This document shows positions 1 to 12,350 of a stretch of 64,000 nt of DNA, piece by piece. The notes under the pieces are model-generated. The model did no database searches, was not told the origin of the DNA, and saw only the letters and a program-made list of their open reading frames with translations. The number at the start of each line of letters is the position of its first letter. Within the stretch, counting starts at the first letter, position 1. A program made the translations under genes and the position numbers. Source of the DNA: an uncultured delta proteobacterium (GTDB taxonomy: Bacteria > Myxococcota > UBA727 > VGSZ01); contig CAVZJB010000011.1 of the NCBI GenBank assembly GCA_963775425.1, positions 416,001-480,000 on the forward strand. The letters run 5' to 3'.

Positions 1-770
1 AGGGTCTGCGCGAAGCGGCCGGCCTCGGGGAGCCCGGCGAGCCCCAGGAAGCCGGCGGTCCACGCGAGCACGGTGCCCCGCTGCGTGGCCTCGACGACGC
101 GCCCCCGGGCGTCGACGCGCGCGGGGAAGCCGTGGGGCCCCGCGCGCAAGGCGTCGATGCGCGCCGCGAGCGCGCGGCCCGCCGCCGCGCTCCCGCCGTC
201 GTCGTGGGGCGCGCCGCGGTGGCCCGCGCGCAACGCGCCGTGCAACACGAGGCCGGACGCGGCGAGGGCGTGGTCGCAGGGCCAGGTGCCGCCGCGGAAG
301 GACTCGAGCCAGCCGCTCTTCGACGCGGCGAGGTCCTCGACGAGGGAGCCCGCCAGCGCGTCGAAGAGCTGCGCGCGCGGGGGCGTGAGCCCGTCGACGC
401 GCGCGAGGCCAGCGAGCATCGCCAACAGGTAGCCGCGGTAGAGCACGCTGCGAGGCACCGAGCGCGCGTCGCCCGCGCCTGCGCCGAGCGCGCGCTCCCC
501 CGTGTCTCGAAACGGCCGGCGGGCGCGGGGCGAGAGGATGTCGTCGACGAGCGCGTGCAGCGCGGCGACGCGGGGGGCGCGCGCCTCGCCGGCGAGCACC
601 TCGTCGACGAGCACGAAGCTCGCGTAGGCGTCGCAGGCGGCCTGGGCTTCGATGAACGGGTGCTTCCGGTCGTCGAGCAGCCGGGGGGCGCAGCCGGCCT
701 CGACGTCGTGGGCGAGCGCCAGCCCGGGGGCCGCGGCTAAGGCGAGGAGCGCGACGAGCAGCATCCTCAT
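1..770 (-). CDS. Secreted hypothetical protein, partial (runs off left edge); weak resemblance to linalool dehydratase/isomerase-like (alpha/alpha)6 proteins
   Basis: Not in ORF track (no stop in window). Manual translation from ATG at 770: MRMLLVALLALAAAPGLALAH (signal peptide)...SVLYRGYLLAML...WLESFRGGTWPCDHALAASGL. Confidence 0.6.
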   Translation of the reverse strand, partial: MRMLLVALLALAAAPGLALAHDVEAGCAPRLLDDRKHPFIEAQAACDAYASFVLVDEVLAGEARAPRVAALHALVDDILSPRARRPFRDTGERALGAGAGDARSVPRSVLYRGYLLAMLAGLARVDGLTPPRAQLFDALAGSLVEDLAASKSGWLESFRGGTWPCDHALAASGLVLHGALRAGHRGAPHDDGGSAAAGRALAARIDALRAGPHGFPARVDARGRVVEATQRGTVLAWTAGFLGLAGLPEAGRFAQT

Positions 771-909
771 GCAACAGCCGGCGGCGGTGACGCAGTCCCG
801 GCGTCGGGCGCCCGGGGGCGCGTCCGCCGCCGGGAGCGAGCCGAATCCGGCCTCGGATCAGGCACTTGGGGGTTGCGGACGTCGTCCGCGGGGGCGAACC
901 TTCCTGCAT

Positions 910-2874
910 ATGACGCTTCCCCGTCTGCGCCTCGGGATCGCGGCCGCCATCGCCTTCGCCGCCGCCGCCGGATGCAATTCGTGCTGCTACGACCCCGTGA
1001 GCCCGACGGGCAAGCCGCCCGCCTGCAGCCCCGACAAGACCTGCGACGACGGCGACGCATTCCGCTTCGGCGCCTGCGTCCCCGGCGGCTGCGAGACCGA
1101 CGCCGACTGCTGCCCGGGATCGCGCTGTCGCGCGGACATCAACAGTTGCTTCCCCGTGCTCCTCGACCCCGAGTTCGCCTGCGACCAGAACAGCGACTGC
1201 GACGATCCCGCGCAGCGCTGCATCCCCACCGTCATCGGCGACCGCGACCCCTTGCCCACCTGCGTCTACGAGCTGTGCAACGGCGACGCCGACTGCGGCT
1301 TCGGCCGCGCCTGCTACGAGGGCCGCTGCGTGCAGGACGCGCCCTGCGAGGGCAACTGCCCCGACGGCACCGCGTGCGACGTCATCACCGGCAAGTGCGC
1401 CCCGTTCCCGAGCGGCTCCGACGGCTGTGACAAGACGTGCGCCGACGGGCAGCTCAAGGTGTTCAGCGATCCCGCGTCCATGTCCGGCGAGACCTGCTGC
1501 GCGCTGTCGTGTCGTTGCGACGGCCTGCCGCCCATCGTGCCCACGCGCTTCGGCCGCTACAGCCGCGTGGTGTTCGCGTCCGATCAGGTGCTGGTGTCGG
1601 CGTACGACGCGCAGTTCGGCGATCTCGTGCTCGCCCACTTCAAGCCCGACGGCAGCTTCGCGCGGCTCGACTACCTCGATGGCGTGCCCGGCGGCGCCGC
1701 CGTCACCGCCGACCCCGCCGGCCCCCGCGGCGGCGTCAGTGAGCCCGGCCAAAACGTCGGCACGCACACGTCCATCGCCGCCGACGCCCAGGGCAAGGTG
1801 CGCATCGCGTACCATGACGAGGACGGCAAGAGCTTGAAGGTCGCCATCCAGCAGGACGACGGCAGCTTCAAGACCTACTTCCTCGACGGCGGCGACGCCG
1901 ACGCCAACTTCGGACAGTTCACGGACATCGCCGTCGCCTCCGACGGCACCATCTACGTGAGCTACCTCGCGCACAACGCCGAGCTCGCCGGCTTCACCGG
2001 GCGGAGCACGGGCGTGAAGCTCGCCAGGAGCAACAACGCCAACCCGCAGTCGGCGGTGGACTGGACGTTCTCCGTCGTCGACGCGCGCCCCATGTTCGAC
2101 CCGTGCAACGGCGCGTGCAACGCCGACCAGGCCTGCGTGCTCAACGGCGGCGCCGGCCAGTGCCTCGCCACCGCCGCCGGGTGCAACCCCTCGTGCAGCT
2201 CCACGCAGACGTGCGTCGACACCGGCGCCGGCGTGCAGTGCCTGGCCCCGGTGCTGCCTCCCGAGAGCCCCGACGTCCCCCGCGCTCGCGGTCTGTACAC
2301 GTCGGTCGCGCTCGACGGAGACACGCCCATCGTCGCCTACTACGACGCCATCGACGGCGACCTGCGCGTCGCCCCCGGCGGCACGAGCCCCGTGGTGCTC
2401 GACGGCGACGGCCAGGGCGGCCACAGAAGCGGCGACGTCGGCCGCTTCCCGACGGTGGCGCGCATCGGCCAGAACCTCACGGTGGTCTACGAGGACTTCG
2501 GCCGCCACGAGGTGCGCGCGTGGCAGGGGTCGGCGGCGGAGCTCGGCAGCGGCGGCACGTACACGCTGGTCGACCGCGGCCAAACCCCGGGGCAGTCGGG
2601 CAAGCAGTTCGTCGGCGCCGGCGCCCGCCTCGCCAAAGGCGTGAGCACCCCCGTCGTCGTCTACCAGGACGCCTCCAACCTCGACCTCAAGCTCGCCGAC
2701 TTCGACGGCACCGCCTGGGTGCCGAGCACGCTCCTCACAGACGGCGCCCACGGCTTCTACAGCGACATCGCCGTGCAGAGCGGCAAGGCGTACATCGTCA
2801 GCGTCGAGGCGCAGCTCGACGAGCGCGGCGTCGAGGCGTCGCGGCTCGGCCTCACCGTGCAAAACGCCCCGTGA
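910..2874 (+). CDS. Cys-rich lipoprotein with C-terminal beta-propeller-like region
   Basis: ATG 910 gives MTLPRLRLGIAAAIAFAAAAGC (lipobox); many Cys-rich modules; repeats like HTSIAADAQGKVRIAYHD and YTSVALDGDTPIVAYYD. Confidence 0.75.
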   Translation: MTLPRLRLGIAAAIAFAAAAGCNSCCYDPVSPTGKPPACSPDKTCDDGDAFRFGACVPGGCETDADCCPGSRCRADINSCFPVLLDPEFACDQNSDCDDPAQRCIPTVIGDRDPLPTCVYELCNGDADCGFGRACYEGRCVQDAPCEGNCPDGTACDVITGKCAPFPSGSDGCDKTCADGQLKVFSDPASMSGETCCALSCRCDGLPPIVPTRFGRYSRVVFASDQVLVSAYDAQFGDLVLAHFKPDGSFARLDYLDGVPGGAAVTADPAGPRGGVSEPGQNVGTHTSIAADAQGKVRIAYHDEDGKSLKVAIQQDDGSFKTYFLDGGDADANFGQFTDIAVASDGTIYVSYLAHNAELAGFTGRSTGVKLARSNNANPQSAVDWTFSVVDARPMFDPCNGACNADQACVLNGGAGQCLATAAGCNPSCSSTQTCVDTGAGVQCLAPVLPPESPDVPRARGLYTSVALDGDTPIVAYYDAIDGDLRVAPGGTSPVVLDGDGQGGHRSGDVGRFPTVARIGQNLTVVYEDFGRHEVRAWQGSAAELGSGGTYTLVDRGQTPGQSGKQFVGAGARLAKGVSTPVVVYQDASNLDLKLADFDGTAWVPSTLLTDGAHGFYSDIAVQSGKAYIVSVEAQLDERGVEASRLGLTVQNAP

Positions 2875-2883
2875 CGTGAGCGC

Positions 2884-3585
2884 GTGACGAGCAAGAACAC
2901 GCGCGCTCAGCTCCTCTTGCCGCTGCGCAACCGCGCCGCCTTCCTCGATGCGCACTTCGATCGGGGCGACGGTGGGCTGTTCGTCCCCGGCGAGGTCGAC
3001 GTGGAGCTCGGCGACGACGTCGACGTCGAGCTGCACTTCACCGAGGAGCAGGTGCGCTTCCACATCCGTGCGCGCGTGAAGTGGAAGCGGTCGCAGGCGG
3101 GCCGGCGCTCCATCCCGCCCGGCGTCGGCATCGAGTTCCTGCCGTCGGAGCAGCGCACGGCGGCGCAGATCCTCCGCTTCGCCGAGGGCAAGGAGAGCGT
3201 CGCCCACAGGGAGCGCGACCGGCGCTACACACTCCACGTCGACGTCCGCATGGATCACCGGGGGCAGGAGCTCACCGGCGTCACCGACGACATCAGCGAG
3301 GGCGGCTGCTTCGTGATCACCGACGTGAACCTCGAGGTGGGGACCGAAGTGGAGCTGCGGCTGCGCGCGCCCGGCTCGCTGTTCGGTTGGCTGACGCTCC
3401 CCGCGTTCGTGACGTGGCGGCGGCAGCAGTCGGGGCGCGACGGCATGGGCCTCGAGTTCCGCTTCACCACCGATCGGCAGCGGGCCAAGGTGAAGCGGAT
3501 CGTGCACGTGCTCAAAGAGCGGATGTTGCGGGACGTCCGCGTCAAAGTGCCGCGGTTGCCGTCGACGCCGCCGACCTCCACGTAG
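2884..3585 (+). CDS. Tandem PilZ-domain protein (myxobacterial TIGR02266-like)
   Basis: GGLFVP...PPGVGIEF in domain 1; RERDRR (RxxxR) and DISEGG (DxSxxG) ...GMGLEF in domain 2. Confidence 0.8.
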   Translation: MTSKNTRAQLLLPLRNRAAFLDAHFDRGDGGLFVPGEVDVELGDDVDVELHFTEEQVRFHIRARVKWKRSQAGRRSIPPGVGIEFLPSEQRTAAQILRFAEGKESVAHRERDRRYTLHVDVRMDHRGQELTGVTDDISEGGCFVITDVNLEVGTEVELRLRAPGSLFGWLTLPAFVTWRRQQSGRDGMGLEFRFTTDRQRAKVKRIVHVLKERMLRDVRVKVPRLPSTPPTST

Positions 3586-3696
3586 CGGCGCCGCCGACTT
3601 CGCTGGACAGCTTGGGTGCGCCGCGTTATGCCGCCGGCAGCCACCATGGTTGACATTCGAGTCAATCACGAGGTCCACGGAACGGACGGAGCGCGT

Positions 3697-4443
3697 ATGA
3701 AGTTCCTCGTCACCTGCAAGCGAGTCACCGACTTCGAGGCCAAGATCAAGCTCAAGGCGGACAAGAGCGGCATCGAGACCAGCGGCGTCAACATGATCAT
3801 GAACCCCTTCGACGAGATCGGCGTCGAGGAGGCCCTGCGGCAGAAGGAGAAGCACCAGGGCGAGGTCGTGGTGCTCACCATCGGCACGTCCGACGCCATG
3901 ACGCAGATCCGCAGCGCGCTCGCCATGGGCGCCGATCGCGGGATTCTGGTCAAGAGCGACGACGCGCTCGACTCCTTCGCCGTCGCGCGCGTGCTGCAGA
4001 AGGTGGTGGAGAAGGAGAAGCCCGACGTCGTCATCATGGGCAAGCAGGCCATCGACGACGACAGCAACCAGGCCACGCAGATCCTCGCCGAGCTGCTCGG
4101 CTGGGGCCAGGCCACCTTCGCCAACACCGTCACCATCGACGGCGGCGCCGCCACCGTGGTCCGCGAGGCAGACGGCGGGCTCGAGACCGTCAAGTGCGAG
4201 CTCCCGTGCGTCATCAGCACCGACCTGCGCTTGAACGAGCCGCGCTACGCGTCGCTGCCCGGCATCATGAAGGCCAAGAAGAAGCCGGTGGAGGAGCTCG
4301 ACGCCAAGTCCCTCGGCGTCGACATCGCCCCCCGCGTGGTCGTGAAGGCCTTCGAGGAGCCCGCGCAGAAGACGGCCGGCCAGAAGGTCCCGGACGTCGC
4401 CACTCTCGTCGAGAAGCTCAAGACCGAAGCGAAGGTGATCTGA
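3697..4443 (+). CDS. etfB: Electron transfer flavoprotein beta subunit
   Basis: MKFLVTCKRVTD, MNPFDEIGVEEAL, GKQAIDDDSNQ, DLRLNEPRYASLPGIMKAKKKP. Confidence 0.95.
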   Translation: MKFLVTCKRVTDFEAKIKLKADKSGIETSGVNMIMNPFDEIGVEEALRQKEKHQGEVVVLTIGTSDAMTQIRSALAMGADRGILVKSDDALDSFAVARVLQKVVEKEKPDVVIMGKQAIDDDSNQATQILAELLGWGQATFANTVTIDGGAATVVREADGGLETVKCELPCVISTDLRLNEPRYASLPGIMKAKKKPVEELDAKSLGVDIAPRVVVKAFEEPAQKTAGQKVPDVATLVEKLKTEAKVI

Positions 4444-4444
4444 C

Positions 4445-5395
4445 ATGGCAACCAATCTCGTCGTCGTCGAGCATCAAAACGGAAAGCTCGCCAAGGCCAC
4501 GCTGTCGGCCGTCGCGGCCGCCGGCAAGGTCGGCGGAGACGTCCACGCCCTCGTCCTCGGCAAGGGTGTCGGCGACGTCGCCGCCGCCGTCGCGCCCTAC
4601 GCCAAGACCGTGCACGTCGCGGAGCACGCGGACCTCGAGCACCGCACCGCGCAGTCGTGGGCCAAGGTCACCGCGGACGTCGCCAAGGCCGTCGGCGCCA
4701 CCCACGTGTGGGCGGCGGCCACGGGCGCGGGCAAGGACTTCATGCCGCGCGTGGCCGCCCGCCTCGACGCGGCCATGGCTTCGGACATCTCCGCCGTCGT
4801 CGACGAAAAGACGTTCAAGCGCGCCATGTGGGCGGGCAACGTCATCGGCACCGTCGAGCTCACCACGGCCACCAAGGTGATCACCGTGCGGCCCACCGAG
4901 TTCGCTCCCGCCGCCGCCGGCGCCGCGGGCGCGGTGCAGCCGGTGGCGTCCGTGGACCCGGGCGCGTCCAAGATGAGCTTCGTGAAGTTCGACGCGGTCG
5001 AGAGCGACCGCCCGGCGCTGACCGACGCGCGCGTCGTCGTCAGCGGCGGCCGCGGCGTCAAGGGCCCCGAGGGCTTCAAGAACGTCATCGAGCCGCTGGC
5101 CGACGTGCTCGGCGCCGCCATCGGCGCGTCGCGCGCGGTGTGCGACGCCGGTTGGGTGCCGAACGATTGGCAGGTCGGGCAGACCGGCAAGGTCGTCGCG
5201 CCCGAGCTCTACATCGCCGTCGGCATCTCCGGCGCCATCCAGCACGTCGCCGGCATGAAGGGCAGCAAGTGCATCGTGGCGATCAACAAGGACGCCGAAG
5301 CGCCAATCTTCCAGATCGCCGACTACGGCCTCGTCGCCGACCTCTTCAAGGCGGCGCCGGAGCTCACCGAGGCCTTGAAGAAAGCCAAGGGTTGA
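4445..5395 (+). CDS. etfA: Electron transfer flavoprotein alpha subunit
   Basis: [59 protein letters not shown]. Confidence 0.95.
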   Translation: MATNLVVVEHQNGKLAKATLSAVAAAGKVGGDVHALVLGKGVGDVAAAVAPYAKTVHVAEHADLEHRTAQSWAKVTADVAKAVGATHVWAAATGAGKDFMPRVAARLDAAMASDISAVVDEKTFKRAMWAGNVIGTVELTTATKVITVRPTEFAPAAAGAAGAVQPVASVDPGASKMSFVKFDAVESDRPALTDARVVVSGGRGVKGPEGFKNVIEPLADVLGAAIGASRAVCDAGWVPNDWQVGQTGKVVAPELYIAVGISGAIQHVAGMKGSKCIVAINKDAEAPIFQIADYGLVADLFKAAPELTEALKKAKG

Positions 5396-5451
5396 GCGTC
5401 GTGGTGCGGGGGCTTGTCCCCCGCGCGCGCGCGGCGCGATAGATTCGGCCA

Positions 5452-5775
5452 ATGACCGACGGCTTCGAAAGACGCGACTCCCTCCGGCGCTACGCCCCGG
5501 TGAAGCTCTCGCCGCCCGACGGCGGAGCGCTCGTCGAGACGCGCGGCATCGTGTCCTTGCGCGGCGTGTTCCTCGAGGGGGCGCAGGCGCTGCCGTCGGC
5601 GTGGGGCAACGCCCTCATCGGCGTGGAGGCCGACCTCGGCGGCCCGGCGCTGCTGAAGGCCGTGTGCCTTGTGGCGCCGCCCGAGGCCGGGCGCGGAGGC
5701 TTCCTGCTCACCTGGAAGACGCTCGACTTTGAAAACGAGCGCGAGCTCGCCCGCTACCTCGACGAGACGCGCTGA
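5452..5775 (+). CDS. Small degenerate PilZ-like protein
   Basis: ERRDSLR (RxxxR), IVSLRGVFL, C-terminal ERELARYLD. Confidence 0.5.
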   Translation: MTDGFERRDSLRRYAPVKLSPPDGGALVETRGIVSLRGVFLEGAQALPSAWGNALIGVEADLGGPALLKAVCLVAPPEAGRGGFLLTWKTLDFENERELARYLDETR

Positions 5776-5894
5776 CGAGCCTGGCGGCGTGACGACATCC
5801 ACGGCGGAACCACGTTGTCGCTGACGACGACGATGTGCCCCGCCGCGAATGTCTACGCCGCGCGCCTTCGGCGCCTCTCTCGCATCGCCGGCCG

Positions 5895-6554
5895 TCATGC
5901 CTCTCGCGTCGCGACGGATGCGCGCTCTCCCTCGGGCGCAGCGGCGAGCGCCGCCAAGGACTCCGCGAGCGCGACGGGTCCCTGGGCGACGAGCCACGCG
6001 GGCTGCTCGCCTTCGACGTCGACGACGAGGAAGCGCGAGCCCTCCGCGTGCATGCCCTCGATGCGCGCGAACGGAACGCTCCAGCAAGACAACTGCACGT
6101 TGAAGCGATGCGGGCAGAAGGCGAGCCGGCGCGTGGTGACGACGGCGCGTCCGCCGCGCGCTTCGCCGCGCAGGAAGTGATTCGCCGGTTGGGACGACAG
6201 GATCTCCTCGCCCCGCTCGAGCGCGAGCTCCGGCTTCGCGGCGAACGCGCGCACGGTGAAGAAGATCGGCCCGACGACGAGGACGGCGACGCCGAGGCCG
6301 AGGAACGCGGCGAAGGGGATGACGGCGGCCACCGGCATGGGCGCGCGCCCCGGGGCGTGGGTGGTCAGGAGGATCCACGCCCACCCCGCCGCGCCCGCGG
6401 TCCCGGCGACGACGACGGGCCAGCGCGACACGAGGAAGAAGAGCGTGCCGACGGCGACCTTGGGCGCGAGCCGCCCCGCGGCCTGGCGCATGAGCACGCC
6501 GAGCCCGATGAGGAGGCCGACGAGCTGCAGCAGGTGGATCTGGGCCGGCGTCAT
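5895..6554 (-). CDS. Membrane protein with C-terminal GRAM/PH-like domain
   Basis: 3-4 hydrophobic segments followed by ANHFLRGEARGGRAVVTTRRLAFCPHRFN. Confidence 0.55.
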   Translation of the reverse strand: MTPAQIHLLQLVGLLIGLGVLMRQAAGRLAPKVAVGTLFFLVSRWPVVVAGTAGAAGWAWILLTTHAPGRAPMPVAAVIPFAAFLGLGVAVLVVGPIFFTVRAFAAKPELALERGEEILSSQPANHFLRGEARGGRAVVTTRRLAFCPHRFNVQLSCWSVPFARIEGMHAEGSRFLVVDVEGEQPAWLVAQGPVALAESLAALAAAPEGERASVATREA

Positions 6555-6572
6555 CGCTCCCACATCCCGCGC

Positions 6573-7013
6573 TCACCGCGGCGGCGCAACGACGTCAGCG
6601 GCCGGCTTGCGCCAGGCAGCCTTGTCCTCGTCGTAGACGAGGCCGGGATCAGGGGGCTCGAGGTGGCGGTGCCAGCCCTCGCGGAAGCAGGTGCGCCCGT
6701 GGTGCGGATGTGGGCCGAAGAACGCCCACGTCTTTCGTGTGTCGACGTAGCCCTGCGGCGTCTTCACGAACGCGTCGGCGGGTGAGGGTGGGTACTCGTG
6801 CGCGTGCGGCTGCGCGACCTCGCAAACGTCGCCGCCGTAAGCAAGCGGTCTTCCATGCGGCCCGGCGTAGGTCCACGTCGGTGGACCGCTGGGAACGCCG
6901 CCGTGATGAACAGGAGCGATGCCACAAGCCGTAAGCGTGGCGACGACGACGAGCAGGGCGATGCCACACACAAAATTGTCTCGGGTGTGCGGGATGATTG
7001 AAGACTCGACCAC
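6573..7013 (-). CDS. Small His/Pro-rich lipoprotein, hypothetical (start uncertain)
   Basis: LLVVVATLTAC lipobox; two similar YAGPH...C...PHAHEY / FFGPHPH...C...WHRH repeats. Confidence 0.55.
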   Translation of the reverse strand: MVESSIIPHTRDNFVCGIALLVVVATLTACGIAPVHHGGVPSGPPTWTYAGPHGRPLAYGGDVCEVAQPHAHEYPPSPADAFVKTPQGYVDTRKTWAFFGPHPHHGRTCFREGWHRHLEPPDPGLVYDEDKAAWRKPAADVVAPPR

Positions 7014-7022
7014 CGTTCTGGC

Positions 7023-8246
7023 ATGACGGTGTTCAGCGCACGGCGCAACCCCGCGTGCCCCGGAGTCTGGATGCCTGTTCCCGTCGTCGTCGCCGCCCTC
7101 CTCATCAGCGGCGCTCCTTCTCTGCGGTCAGAGCGCCGCGAGGATCCCGCGGATGTACGGGCGACAAGATCGCCCCTGACCTTCGATGCCGCCGAGCCGC
7201 GCTGGTCCGCGGTGATCGATCACGCAGCGGCGCCGGCCCGCGTGCGCGATTGCCTCGAGCTCTTCAAGGCGCGGGTCACCGTCGACGACGCGCTCTACCC
7301 CGAGGCGCGCGTGCTCGCGTGGGCGGCGGGCACCACCCGCGATGCGCCCCACAGCGAGGGCCTCGTCGCCCCCATCCAGGGCGTGCGCGCGCTGAACGCA
7401 TTCGTGTCGGCGCCACGTGAGTCGCGCGAGCTCGTCGAGAGCCTGCTGCGCGCCGCGCGCTCCGACGGCGAGCGCGCGGTGATCTTGAAGGCGTTGGCGG
7501 CGCGGGAGATGGCGCTCGGCTCGCCCCGGTTCGCGCCCGAGATGCGCACCGTGGCGCAGCAGATTCGGGGGCGACCGCTGCCGTGGCTGCTCGAGGAGAC
7601 CACGGGCTACGGCGCTTCCTTCGGCGACGGCGTCCGCCAGAGCTTCAAGGACTCGTGCATGCCCGCCATCAAGCTCGTCGCAGAGGCCGAGCTTGATCCG
7701 CTCGCGGCGCTGCGCGTGCACGTCGCCGGCTACAGCACGCTCGTCGAGCGTCAGGACCTGGAGTCGTCGGGGGGTGTCGCCGTGCCGCGCGGCGATCCGC
7801 GCTTCGGGCGCGGCACAGCGGACCACGGGCTGCTGCTGAAGCTCGGCGCGGACCTCGACGCCAAGACCGAGATCATCGCGGGTGCGTTGCGCGAGGACGA
7901 CCTCGACCACATGGAGAAGCTCCTGCGCGAGGGCATCGATCTCCCGCTGCGCATCGCCACCCGCGACGACACCGTCGCCCACTCGGTCATCGCCGTCGAC
8001 GCAAAGCGGGAAGCCGGTCGCCGGCTGTTCCGCGTGCACGATCCATGGACGGGCAAGTCGTCCTGGCTCACCGACGACGCCGTCCTCGGCTTCGGCCTCG
8101 TCCCCACCGATCGCGGCGAGCCACGCCACGTCACCCACGCGTACCTCTACGAACCGTGGACCCCGGGGATGCAACCCGACACATCGCCGGCGTTGGCGTC
8201 CTCGTCGCCGCCTGCGAGCGAGCAACGCGCCTCGGGCTCGCCGTAA
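7023..8246 (+). CDS. Hypothetical protein with putative papain-like (C39-like) cysteine peptidase domain
   Basis: RQSFKDSCMPA (Q..C), AHSVIAVD (H), FRVHDPWTG (D-P) in papain-fold order. Confidence 0.5.
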   Translation: MTVFSARRNPACPGVWMPVPVVVAALLISGAPSLRSERREDPADVRATRSPLTFDAAEPRWSAVIDHAAAPARVRDCLELFKARVTVDDALYPEARVLAWAAGTTRDAPHSEGLVAPIQGVRALNAFVSAPRESRELVESLLRAARSDGERAVILKALAAREMALGSPRFAPEMRTVAQQIRGRPLPWLLEETTGYGASFGDGVRQSFKDSCMPAIKLVAEAELDPLAALRVHVAGYSTLVERQDLESSGGVAVPRGDPRFGRGTADHGLLLKLGADLDAKTEIIAGALREDDLDHMEKLLREGIDLPLRIATRDDTVAHSVIAVDAKREAGRRLFRVHDPWTGKSSWLTDDAVLGFGLVPTDRGEPRHVTHAYLYEPWTPGMQPDTSPALASSSPPASEQRASGSP

Positions 8247-8276
8247 TTGTTCGGTCGCCTGTCGGCGACCGAACAA
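8247..8276. terminator. Perfect 13-bp stem hairpin after the 7023-8246 gene, possible terminator
   Basis: TTGTTCGGTCGCC-TGTC-GGCGACCGAACAA. Confidence 0.5.
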
Positions 8277-8367
8277 ATACAGCCAATTTTTTGCGTTCGT
8301 GGCGCTCGGCCCGCACCATGGAGCCACTTGTCGCCGGCCGGCACCGGTCGACAGCGGAGGTCGCCTC

Positions 8368-11541
<3,174 letters not shown>

Positions 11542-11619
11542 CGAATCGAACGCGCGCCGCGCATGCGCGTGAGGAAATGCACTTGCGGCGACCCCGGGGG
11601 GCGGGTGACGGTGCCGTCG

Positions 11620-12342
11620 ATGCTCAGCTTCGTCGTCCTCCTCGCCGCCGCGTCCCCTGCGCCGCCGCCCTCGGGCGGCGCGCTGCGCGTCGTTGCCTTG
11701 CCGTTGCGCGACGACGGCGCCGGTCCGGGCATCACCAACGCGGCCACCAGCCTCACCGCCGTGGCGCTGTCGAAGGTTCAGGGCTTCAACGTCCTGTCCG
11801 GCGACGACGTCAGGGCCGCGGCCGACGTCGATGCGCAAAAGCAGCTCGTCGGCTGCGACGAGGCGGGCTGTCTCGCGGAGATCGCGGAGGCTCTCGGCGC
11901 GGACCGCATCGTCCACGGGAACGTGGCGCGGCTCGGGGACACCATCGTCGTCACGCTGAGCCTGTTCGACGCGAAGAAGGGCGTCGCCCTCGGGCGTGGG
12001 ACCGTCCAGGCGCGCGACGAAGCCGACCTCCCTGCTGACCTCGACGCCGCCGTCCAGCGGCTCGTCGGCGGCGGCGGCGCCACCGTCAGGTCGTCCGCCG
12101 CGGGCGCCGTCGACTGGCTCCTCGTCGGCGGCCTCGCCGGCGCGGGCGTGGGCGTGCTCATCGCTGGCGCCGGCGCGGGCCTGTCGTGGGCCGACCGCGG
12201 CACGCTCACCGACCCCGCCACCAGCGGAGACGCCAAGGCCTCGGCGCAGGCGAGCCGGCCGACCTGGGGCGTCGTGGCCGTCGCCGGCGCCGTCGTCACC
12301 GTGGCGGGCCTCGCGGCGGCCGCCGTTTCCTTCGTCGAGTAG
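11620..12342 (+). CDS. Secreted TolB-N/CsgG/FlgO-like domain protein with C-terminal Gly/Ala-rich hydrophobic hairpin (partner family)
   Basis: Signal peptide; RVVALPL; GCDEAGCLAEIAEALGADRIVHGNVARLG; two C-terminal hydrophobic segments. Confidence 0.6.
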   Translation: MLSFVVLLAAASPAPPPSGGALRVVALPLRDDGAGPGITNAATSLTAVALSKVQGFNVLSGDDVRAAADVDAQKQLVGCDEAGCLAEIAEALGADRIVHGNVARLGDTIVVTLSLFDAKKGVALGRGTVQARDEADLPADLDAAVQRLVGGGGATVRSSAAGAVDWLLVGGLAGAGVGVLIAGAGAGLSWADRGTLTDPATSGDAKASAQASRPTWGVVAVAGAVVTVAGLAAAAVSFVE

Positions 12343-12350
12343 GAGTCGCC

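Noticed and set aside
652-909. Extended N-termini given by the ORF track (also 7882, 12186, 22151, 37230, 55726, 60417)
   Set aside because: Upstream extensions overlap neighbouring genes; downstream starts give proper signal peptides, RBS or family N-termini
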